Below, piece after piece: positions 8,090 through 15,765 of a stretch of 27,637 bases of DNA (positions are counted from its first letter, which is position 1; each line of letters opens with the position of its first letter). Under the pieces are notes generated by a model, which was given only the letters and a program-made list of their open reading frames with translations, searched no databases and was not told the DNA's origin. Made by a program: the position numbers and the translations under genes. The stretch is from a virus (taxonomy: Duplodnaviria; Heunggongvirae; Uroviricota; Caudoviricetes), in the IMG/VR virus record IMGVR_UViG_2854395284_000002, positions 1 to 27,637 of that record, one strand, 5' to 3'.

Positions 8090-10123
8090 TTAGCTGATGT
8101 ATTCTAGGAATTCATCTTCACTCATAATTTTTACACCAAGGCTCTTTGCTTTCGTATTTTTACTTGACGTAGAATTAACATCATTATTGATCAATGCAGT
8201 AACCTTCTTCGAAATCGATCCAGATACTTTTCCACCTAGAGATTCAATCTTCTCTTTGAGTGCATCTCGATTCTCGAAATGTTTCAAACTACCGGTAACA
8301 ACAAATGTTTGTCCCGTCAAATCTTTTCCGCTACTTGTTTTGAGAGATACTTTCTTTGGCGTTTCGAATGTAAATTCTTTACCAAGTTCCCACACGTTAC
8401 TACATTCTCTATTGAAATATTCATCAAGTGAATTAATAATAGAATCTCCAATGCCAGGAATATGAGAAAAGAATTTTGCACCTGGATGCGTCATATCTCG
8501 TACAAAACTTTCGAATTGATAATCTTCCGCCTCGGCAATAACTTTACTTGCTGTTTTGCCAACAAGAGGAATTGATAATGCATATAAAAATCTATCCAGT
8601 GTGGTATTTCTGCTCTTTTCAATTGAATCAAATAGTTTGGAAACTGATTTCGAACCGAAACCATCAAGATTTTTCATTTGTTTTTCGTACTTGGTGAGAT
8701 AATAGATGTCTTGGATAGAATTTAACCATCCTAGAGAAATGAATTTTTGAATTGTCGCTTCAGATAAACCATCAATATTCAGTGTGTTTCTACTAACTGC
8801 ATGAGTTAGTTTGCCAAGTAATTTGCCCTTACATTCAGGGTTTGTACACCATAGAACTTCTGAATCGTTTTCTTTAATGATTTTAGTTGGTTCGCCGCAT
8901 ACTGGACATTTATCAGGAATATGAATAAAAGATTTTTCCATATCCTTTTCAAATCCATCTGAAATGAACTCTTCTGCCCAACGCAATTGGGGAATTATAA
9001 GATTGGCTTTAAATACGCCAATTCTTTGTCCTCTGAATGGACGAGGCATTAGTTCTCGCATGACAGAAACATTATGTAAAGAAGCTCTCTCTACAGTACT
9101 CCCTTCAGTTTCCACAGGTTCAAATACTGCAGTCGGTGTTAGAATACCCGTCTTACCCATTGTGAATTCGATATCTTTCAATGTAGTTTCTACGGAATCG
9201 TTTTTTACTTTAAATGCGATACCATTCCTGTTGTGGTGTTCTGTACTACCAAGAGACTTACCGTATTCTACATCTTCAAATTTAAATACAACCCCATCTT
9301 GTGGAAGGTGCTTTTCTGCAGCAAGACTAATAAAATTATCAATTTTACATTGTAGCTCTTCATTTTGATAATACTTTAAACCTAATACTTCACACGGAAC
9401 AATACTAAACCCTAGCTTCCCTGCTTCAAGTAATCTGAAATAAAAACTATCATGTGCTTCATAATCGTTATTGCTAATTGCTAGAATAGGATCAACTTCT
9501 TCTACCACTTCCCAGGCATACCAACTTAGTTTTCTGTCTTTGACGACCGATGTATCCAAACTTGAAAGTGTTCCTGCAGTAAGATTACGGCTATTTTTAT
9601 ATTCTCCATTTTTATTGATCTCTTCAAAGTCATCAAGCTTGATTAAAGCTTCACCATCGATAACATATTTGCCCTTTTTATTAATACGTAGTGGAACATT
9701 CATAAACTGTTTTACATGCTGTAAAATATCATTTCCTTCTGTACCATTGCCACGAGATTCCGCCCCGATTAATTCACCATCTTGGTAAATCAATCTACAA
9801 CTAATACCATCAAGTTTAATAGAAGCTACAATATCGTGTCCTGCTGCAAATTTTTTGATTTCTTCTACAGAGTGGCATTTGTCAAGACTTAACATAGGAG
9901 TCTCATGTTTTACTTTGATAAGTGATTTTAGTACTGCTCCACCAACTCTATTGACTGGGCTGTTCGGAAATACTGTATTTGCTTCTTCTTCCAATTGCTT
10001 TAATTCAAGTAACTTTGAATCAAATTCGGCGTCACTCATAAGTGTTGTTCCTGATCCATAATAAGAATCTGATGCCCTATTCAGATCATGAATCAGTTCT
10101 TTCATTCGTTTGATCTTATCCAT
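8090..10123 (-). CDS. ligA: NAD-dependent DNA ligase
   Basis: KLDG adenylation motif, SRGNG, OB fold, CPVC...CTNPEC Zn finger, HhH and BRCT (FVVTGSL). Confidence 0.97.
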   Translation of the reverse strand: MDKIKRMKELIHDLNRASDSYYGSGTTLMSDAEFDSKLLELKQLEEEANTVFPNSPVNRVGGAVLKSLIKVKHETPMLSLDKCHSVEEIKKFAAGHDIVASIKLDGISCRLIYQDGELIGAESRGNGTEGNDILQHVKQFMNVPLRINKKGKYVIDGEALIKLDDFEEINKNGEYKNSRNLTAGTLSSLDTSVVKDRKLSWYAWEVVEEVDPILAISNNDYEAHDSFYFRLLEAGKLGFSIVPCEVLGLKYYQNEELQCKIDNFISLAAEKHLPQDGVVFKFEDVEYGKSLGSTEHHNRNGIAFKVKNDSVETTLKDIEFTMGKTGILTPTAVFEPVETEGSTVERASLHNVSVMRELMPRPFRGQRIGVFKANLIIPQLRWAEEFISDGFEKDMEKSFIHIPDKCPVCGEPTKIIKENDSEVLWCTNPECKGKLLGKLTHAVSRNTLNIDGLSEATIQKFISLGWLNSIQDIYYLTKYEKQMKNLDGFGSKSVSKLFDSIEKSRNTTLDRFLYALSIPLVGKTASKVIAEAEDYQFESFVRDMTHPGAKFFSHIPGIGDSIINSLDEYFNRECSNVWELGKEFTFETPKKVSLKTSSGKDLTGQTFVVTGSLKHFENRDALKEKIESLGGKVSGSISKKVTALINNDVNSTSSKNTKAKSLGVKIMSEDEFLEYIS

Positions 10124-10325
10124 TTACCGATTTCTCCCCACACATTTCTTTTAAATATTCAAGCAATTCATTGTCTTCCAGATAATAAATATCAATATGT
10201 TTACATCCATCCAGCCATTTTTTAAAACCATCCCAAAATTGACCAATTCTCCAATCTGGTCTATATGTCATGTGTAATCTTGTTACTTCATTATAAAAAT
10301 TATATAATCTATTTGGATCTCTCAT
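10116..10325 (-). CDS. Hypothetical phage protein (MRDPNR...PDWRIGQ)
   Basis: RBS present; stop overlaps the ligase start. Confidence 0.65.
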   Translation of the reverse strand: MRDPNRLYNFYNEVTRLHMTYRPDWRIGQFWDGFKKWLDGCKHIDIYYLEDNELLEYLKEMCGEKSVNG

Positions 10326-10342
10326 ATTTTCTTTCCTCTCGA

Positions 10343-10651
10343 CTATTCTGTGATTTCTACAAATGTATTTGTTTCTGGTTCATACTTATATGGAAGACCA
10401 TTTGGCGCAAAATATGGTGATGGTGTTGTTGAAGCTCGACCATATCCAATTGATCCGTTCCAAAAATACACGATTTTTGTTGTACTATCATAATATAAAT
10501 ATCCACCAATGTTAATTAAATTATCGGTTCCAAGAGATTTTACTGTTACAGTATCGTTCGTTTTTACATTTGCTTGTGCTGATTCTACTCTACATCCTGA
10601 AAATGATAGTAAAATACTGACACACAAAAATATTAGTAATTTGTTTTTCAT
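10343..10651 (-). CDS. Putative lipoprotein
   Basis: MKNK-hydrophobic-LSFSGC lipobox. Confidence 0.65.
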   Translation of the reverse strand: MKNKLLIFLCVSILLSFSGCRVESAQANVKTNDTVTVKSLGTDNLINIGGYLYYDSTTKIVYFWNGSIGYGRASTTPSPYFAPNGLPYKYEPETNTFVEITE

Positions 10652-10655
10652 GGTT

Positions 10656-10940
10656 TTACCTCTTATAAAAACTGCTTTTTAACATACCTTCTTTAATTAA
10701 TTCATAAACAATATCAAGATAATCTCTTTTATCGCTATATCTGCAATTGGCATTTTTATGAATTCTTTGATCGTCCTTTATCCAATCATTTACTCCAAAA
10801 TATATATTACTAACAAATAACATCTTAGACCCTCGTGCTACACAAAGATAATAACACTCTGTATCTTTTGGCATTCCTTTACATTTTTTAAATCCGAATT
10901 TTTCAAATTCTTTTGCTGGTACTGTCGGAATTAGCATCAT
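10656..10940 (-). CDS. Hypothetical protein
   Basis: GAAAGG precedes ATG; 94 aa. Confidence 0.65.
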   Translation of the reverse strand: MMLIPTVPAKEFEKFGFKKCKGMPKDTECYYLCVARGSKMLFVSNIYFGVNDWIKDDQRIHKNANCRYSDKRDYLDIVYELIKEGMLKSSFYKR

Positions 10941-11340
10941 CTATTACCTTTCTTGTAAATTTATATTCTTCACCAAATTGATCAGTTGATTTACAATTCC
11001 ATCGTCCTAAATTAAACAACTGCTCTTTGTACCCATAACGTTTAAGCCATTTTTTATTAATTCTCTTCTTATGATGTTTTCTTGCTTGGATTTTCTTGAC
11101 ATACAAAATATTAACTTGATCTGGCGTCTTAGAAAGATCAGCGCTAAGAATTGCTGGATTGATCTTTGATATATTTGCTGAAAACGAAAGAGTTCTTTCA
11201 TCTTTTGTAATGATTGGTTTATACCTTATATAATCATGACATTGTTCGACTGTATTTCGTGTCATATTAATCTCTTGTATGTCATTAAAGAAACATATTT
11301 TTTCTTTGATTTTGGGTCTACCATGGTAATCCCACCACAT
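10903..11340 (-). CDS. Hypothetical basic protein; 5' end possibly disrupted
   Basis: 145-aa ORF with a weak start. See the finding at 11280-11372. Confidence 0.5.
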   Translation of the reverse strand: MWWDYHGRPKIKEKICFFNDIQEINMTRNTVEQCHDYIRYKPIITKDERTLSFSANISKINPAILSADLSKTPDQVNILYVKKIQARKHHKKRINKKWLKRYGYKEQLFNLGRWNCKSTDQFGEEYKFTRKVIDDANSDSTSKRI

Positions 11341-11361
11341 ACACGCTCATTCATTCAATAA

Positions 11362-11577
11362 TTAATATTCATTATTCTCTCCGTCATCTTCTGGTGGAGC
11401 AAGCTCTAAACCTAAGATTTGTCCTACTTCATATGCAGCATACGATGTACCACAAGATTCTCCATCAAAGAAACAATCATAATAATTTCCTTCTGAACGC
11501 TGTGGTGTAAATCCACATGCATATGGATCATAGTTTTTATTAACCCATTCTTTTAATTTTTCAATCATTTCTTCCAT
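11362..11577 (-). CDS. Hypothetical acidic protein
   Basis: GAGG RBS; 71 aa. Confidence 0.6.
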   Translation of the reverse strand: MEEMIEKLKEWVNKNYDPYACGFTPQRSEGNYYDCFFDGESCGTSYAAYEVGQILGLELAPPEDDGENNEY

Positions 11578-11649
11578 AGTCGATTCCTCAGTGTATTACC
11601 TTATTTTGGTTATAATAGCAAAGATAAATGAAACCCAAAATTCATATAT

Positions 11650-11919
11650 TTATTTATCATCTGCATAGAAATCGCAAAAATCATTCTCATCTGTAAGAGT
11701 TTTTAATTCCTTACACAAATCAAATGTCATAACGTTCTGACAACTAGAATTTGGACATCTAACTGTGCATTGACTAGGTTTTGGGTTAATACATCTTGGA
11801 ATACAAGCTTCAGACCTTGCAAAAATAAATACTGTACCACATTTGTTACAAACACAACCATACTTTCTTTCTGGATCTGGTTTCTTTATATGGTCATTAT
11901 GTACTGCTAATATTCTCAT
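11650..11919 (-). CDS. Zn-finger hypothetical protein
   Basis: CNKC...CPNSSC. Start overlaps the stop of the PAPS-reductase-like gene. Confidence 0.65.
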   Translation of the reverse strand: MRILAVHNDHIKKPDPERKYGCVCNKCGTVFIFARSEACIPRCINPKPSQCTVRCPNSSCQNVMTFDLCKELKTLTDENDFCDFYADDK

Positions 11920-12911
11920 TGTTTGATTCTCTCCTTCTCATCCATCATTTTTCTAAACTCCATGTACTTTCTTGTATATTCATAAGAATCTTTGAAAATA
12001 TTCGTTACTGCTTTATATAGTTTAGGTTCATACTTCTCAATTACATCTAATTCATTCTCAAAATCTCTTCCATAAGGACAACCACAACATCCTGTACGTT
12101 TTAATCCATATTCCGTATAACATTTGCTATGTATAATCCCATACGCTTTCTCATAATCTTCTTTATCTGAATTTTTATACCAAAACAACGGTCTGTAATT
12201 GTCATACTTATCACTCTCATCGAAGCAGTTACCATATCTAACTCTTGCACCACCCTCAGTTTTTCGTACACCAAATATATTCAGATCATAATCTTCCTCT
12301 TTTAGCAGGTTATGAATTAAATCTTTTTTCGCATATTTGCAGCATCTATTTGAAATTTTAAATGTTGGATTGTTTTGAATCATAAATTCTTTTAGATATT
12401 TATTTCTACGAATATTGAAGTTATCTGTTAGATTTGTATTGCACCACCATTGTAATGCAGATTGACATTTCGGATACTTCTTATATAATGTATCAAAGTC
12501 TTCATCTTCCCACTGAAAGTTATGTCTTTGTAACCGTTGTAAAAATTCACTTGTAATCTTAGACATAAACGGTTCTCCATAATTCTTGCAACTTGCAGGA
12601 ATTGGAATTTTAGGACGTTTCTTTACAAACGTAATATCATATCTTTCTTCAAGATATTTTAAATGATTTTTCGTGGCTTGATATTCAAGACCTGTATCAA
12701 ACCATACATAATCTACCTTGTTATCTTTATCACATCTCCAAACAATATCTAACATTACATCACTGTCTGAACCGCCAGAGATTGCACAAACAATTTTCTT
12801 ATACTTTGTATTGTTAATAATTGCCCATGCACGAATCAAGTTGTCACAAATCATTTGATTTACAGGACAACCATTTAATAATTCCTCAATTGTATTAGCT
12901 TTCTGTACCAA
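11916..12911 (-). CDS. PAPS-reductase/DndC-family PP-loop Fe-S protein (copy 2)
   Basis: SGGSDS PP-loop, RCCKYAKK, GVRKTE..R, RPLFWY and RTGCCGCPY. TTG start. Confidence 0.85.
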   Translation of the reverse strand: MVQKANTIEELLNGCPVNQMICDNLIRAWAIINNTKYKKIVCAISGGSDSDVMLDIVWRCDKDNKVDYVWFDTGLEYQATKNHLKYLEERYDITFVKKRPKIPIPASCKNYGEPFMSKITSEFLQRLQRHNFQWEDEDFDTLYKKYPKCQSALQWWCNTNLTDNFNIRRNKYLKEFMIQNNPTFKISNRCCKYAKKDLIHNLLKEEDYDLNIFGVRKTEGGARVRYGNCFDESDKYDNYRPLFWYKNSDKEDYEKAYGIIHSKCYTEYGLKRTGCCGCPYGRDFENELDVIEKYEPKLYKAVTNIFKDSYEYTRKYMEFRKMMDEKERIKQ

Positions 12912-13085
12912 TATGTACTTTCCTCACTGAAAATTATTTCATTTCAATGAGGCAAAGCCATACTTCGTGAGTGTCTTTTTACGTCACTATCACATTGCTT
13001 TTTCGATTTATATTAACCAATGATCCGTCTTCTATAAATCATCGTGACAACCTTTGCTGCACAAAGGTATTAAATACATATGGTA
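12906..13085 (-). ncRNA. Structured intergenic RNA, module copy 2
   Basis: Terminal 13-bp long-range stem (13085-13073 with 12919-12906, one bulge, one GU); 7-bp hairpin 13050-13068; 8-bp stem 13005-13040; 11-bp RBS hairpin 12922-12952. Confidence 0.65.
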
Positions 13086-13090
13086 AAAAG

Positions 13091-13447
13091 CTAACCAATC
13101 GGTAGTACAGCTTCGCAAAGTCTTTCTATGTTGTTTATTTCACAATTTACCATCTTGTGATTTGGATTATCATTATTATAATCTCTCATAAACATATCTA
13201 GCCAGAAATCAAAATACTCATCATCTGCACTTGAATCCATTACTGCATATCTATCAACTGTTTTATAATTACCTTTTTCTGTAAGATAAGATAAATTGAC
13301 TTTATATACCGGCAATGTAATTTTTGTTTTCAAGAAATTCTTTGGATGTATATTTCTTAGTTTTTCTTTTAAATCTGAATCATAAATTTCAAATACGTCA
13401 ATTCCTGTCCTTAGAGAACAGTTTTTAAAAAACTCACTCGGATGCAC
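13091..13447 (-). CDS. Small unknown protein, module copy 2 (paralog of 14954-15277)
   Basis: GTG start after GGTGG; HPK...YLTEKGNYK motif. Confidence 0.75.
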   Translation of the reverse strand: MHPSEFFKNCSLRTGIDVFEIYDSDLKEKLRNIHPKNFLKTKITLPVYKVNLSYLTEKGNYKTVDRYAVMDSSADDEYFDFWLDMFMRDYNNDNPNHKMVNCEINNIERLCEAVLPIG

Positions 13448-13477
13448 TACTTTTCACCACCTTTCTACCAATAAAAC

Positions 13478-14758
13478 CTAGAACAACGCACAACCTTGAG
13501 CCTTAAACGACTCCACCTGCTTGTCCCACTCTTCTTTTGTCCAATCAAATTCTTTCATCAAACATTTCTTACAATAGAATTTATTAACTTGTCTTCCATG
13601 TATTTTTAAGTTCATTGAAAGAACTTCCTTATGTTTTATTCTCTTATTGCACTCACAACATTTCTTATTAAAATATTGCAGCGCAATCTGTTTATCAATT
13701 CCTGTATACTTTACAAATTCATCAATAACTTCTTGTGTTGGCTCACTTCTAAACACACCACCATTCCATGCTTGAGTAAGATATTCTTCAATTGTGCAGT
13801 TCATAATCAGCCATTTCTGATTACTTATAAAATCTTCTCTTAGAATATCTCTCCATCTTTTATATGCTTTTGAATACCAATATTTATCAAGAATCCATGT
13901 TGACTTCGCATAATATGGACAAGCACAATGGCATCCAACTCTTGAATATCCTTTTTTATATTTTGGATTAACTTCAATATTTTTCCAAAATGTATAAAGC
14001 CAAACATCTAATTCCGTCCACTTTCTAATAGGAAGTATTCCTTGCCAGCATGTGTCTCCCCATTCGGAAGTATTAACCCATTCGTCTTGATAATTGCTTC
14101 TTGTATTGGATTCTTCATTTCTCATTCCCATAAAAATTAAATACGGATGCTTATTATCAAGCTGAGAGACCATAACTCCAACTTTAAAAATCCTACAACA
14201 GAATCTTGAAAATCTTGATGGAATCATAGAATCAGATTTCACATATTGATAAAACCCTTTGTCTGGATTCATGATTTTACAGTTCGGAAACCGTTTAACC
14301 ATCTTATATGTGTCAGCACAATCAAGTGATGTGTTGTTGAATATTGCTTTTGTGTTTGGATATAGTTGTCGAACTAAATGACATGTAACCATAGAATCTT
14401 TACCCATAGAAACAGGTATTATTGGAGTATATACATCATAATCTTTGATCTTTTCACGTATTAGGCATAAAGCTTCATGTTCAATTTCTCTCAAATGATT
14501 TTCTTTGAGATTGACCATTGTTCTCCAATCTATTAGGTCTACTTCAGATGAATCTTCATAAGATTTTAATTTTAGAATTTCTACTTTTTCTAGGTTATCT
14601 GATACTTTAACTCTGCAAAATTTATGTTCTACAAGTTGACTATCAAAGCCTTTTATAATCTGTTTATCAAGCCAAAAGAATCCTTCTTTTAAATAAGGTA
14701 ATTCTTCGCCAGAAGTGTCTCTTAAAAATTTGATATATTCATTGTATATCGGATTCAA
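13478..14758 (-). CDS. PAPS-reductase/DndC-family PP-loop Fe-S protein with C-terminal Zn finger (copy 1)
   Basis: SMGKDS, RFCCRIFK, GMRNEESNTR, PIRKWTELDVW, GYSRVGCHCACPY and C-terminal CCEC...YCKKC. TTG start. Confidence 0.85.
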   Translation of the reverse strand: MNPIYNEYIKFLRDTSGEELPYLKEGFFWLDKQIIKGFDSQLVEHKFCRVKVSDNLEKVEILKLKSYEDSSEVDLIDWRTMVNLKENHLREIEHEALCLIREKIKDYDVYTPIIPVSMGKDSMVTCHLVRQLYPNTKAIFNNTSLDCADTYKMVKRFPNCKIMNPDKGFYQYVKSDSMIPSRFSRFCCRIFKVGVMVSQLDNKHPYLIFMGMRNEESNTRSNYQDEWVNTSEWGDTCWQGILPIRKWTELDVWLYTFWKNIEVNPKYKKGYSRVGCHCACPYYAKSTWILDKYWYSKAYKRWRDILREDFISNQKWLIMNCTIEEYLTQAWNGGVFRSEPTQEVIDEFVKYTGIDKQIALQYFNKKCCECNKRIKHKEVLSMNLKIHGRQVNKFYCKKCLMKEFDWTKEEWDKQVESFKAQGCALF

Positions 14759-14944
14759 TTGTAATCTTCCTTTAACTTTTGGATTTTACCAATTAGTTAA
14801 AGGAGTCTATCTTATGCTTAGAAACCAATTATTTTAGGTCATAGTGTAAGATTTTACGTTTTAACCTTATGTCGCTATGTTGCTTTGGTAATACAAGCCA
14901 TCTCGCTATACAACCCTGATTACAGGGATTTGATTACAATTGAA
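14754..14944 (-). ncRNA. Structured intergenic RNA, module copy 1
   Basis: Perfect 13-bp terminal inverted repeat (14754-14766 / 14932-14944); hairpin CCCTG-TAAT-CAGGG 14914-14927; 10-bp RBS hairpin 14768-14804. Confidence 0.65.
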
Positions 14945-14953
14945 AAATATTTA

Positions 14954-15277
14954 TTATTCAAGTTCTAAATAAAGTTTTCCGAAATAAACCGCATCAAGAA
15001 TTTCTACGTTTGATATCGTTCTTTCCGGATGTTTTTCATTAAGTTCTTTAATATGATTCATGAATTCCTGATCGACAGAATCCCATGCATTCTTATCTAA
15101 GAACATATACTTTACTGCTTCTTTTGGATTTCCACGAGCAGTTGTATACTTATATTTAATCTTCCAAGTTGGAATAGGAATTACTTCACTTGCAATCTGT
15201 TTTGGATGGCAGTTTTTAACTTCTTCCATTTCACTGTCATCGTACTTACAAACTGCTTGTAATTCAGATATTTTCAT
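14954..15277 (-). CDS. Small unknown protein, module copy 1 (paralog of 13091-13447)
   Basis: AGGAGG precedes ATG 15277; HPK...YTTARGNPK motif. Confidence 0.75.
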   Translation of the reverse strand: MKISELQAVCKYDDSEMEEVKNCHPKQIASEVIPIPTWKIKYKYTTARGNPKEAVKYMFLDKNAWDSVDQEFMNHIKELNEKHPERTISNVEILDAVYFGKLYLELE

Positions 15278-15350
15278 TTTGACTCTCACCTCCTGATTAT
15301 TTATTCTCTACTTCGACAAAAATCAAATGAAAAATTAATTTCATAATTAG

Positions 15351-15540
15351 AAGCACGTTCATTTCCGTACTTCATGAGAGCATCCTTGTCCCTGACTACG
15401 TGAGGGTTGCGGTTTGTTCCAGAGTATTATATTCTGAATTCACAGGTTCAACTCATACACCCATCGGTTGACTGAAATATTGCTAACAGTCTTCACCTTT
15501 ACCTTTTCACCATCTCAGACTTTCAGTTCCTTTCACCGCA
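15351..15540 (-). ncRNA. Candidate multi-stem ncRNA
   Basis: ORF-free and relatively GC-rich. TGCGGT/ACCGCA encloses ACTGAAA/TTTCAGT, GTCT/AGAC, CAAC/GTTG and TTCAGA/TCTGGA, followed by CCCT/AGGG and GAAGTACG/CGTGCTTC hairpins. Confidence 0.45.
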
Positions 15541-15557
15541 TTTATCTTTTTATTATT

Positions 15558-15743
15558 TTATTTCCAATTAAAATACGGAGTATATCTTCCACAGAAAAGA
15601 TTGCAGCATCTTTCCTTATATACAAACTTATTATTCTCTAACACACATTCTCTAACCATAGATTTTCCGCACATCGGACATTTCTTTGTGATTTTACTAT
15701 TTTTATTGCCAATCTTTACTTCATATCCAAGTAATTCATGCAT
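15558..15743 (-). CDS. Small Zn-ribbon protein
   Basis: CPMC...CCNLFC; GGGGG RBS-like tract upstream. Confidence 0.55.
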   Translation of the reverse strand: MHELLGYEVKIGNKNSKITKKCPMCGKSMVRECVLENNKFVYKERCCNLFCGRYTPYFNWK

Positions 15744-15765
15744 AAATTAATTACCCCCATGACAT

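Noticed and set aside
12927-12947. TGAAA...TTTCA as a seventh operator copy
   Set aside because: The spacer is not 6 nt; it is better explained as part of the RBS-sequestering hairpin.
15426-15454. TATAAT in the 15.4 kb intergenic region as a promoter
   Set aside because: There is no -35 at 16-18 bp (TTGAAC is only 14 bp away), and it sits in a predicted hairpin loop.
15529-15541. ATGCGGTGAAAG resembles group II intron domain V
   Set aside because: The flanking GAGCCGT and CGCACGTACGG pairing partners are absent, and there is no RT or interrupted gene.
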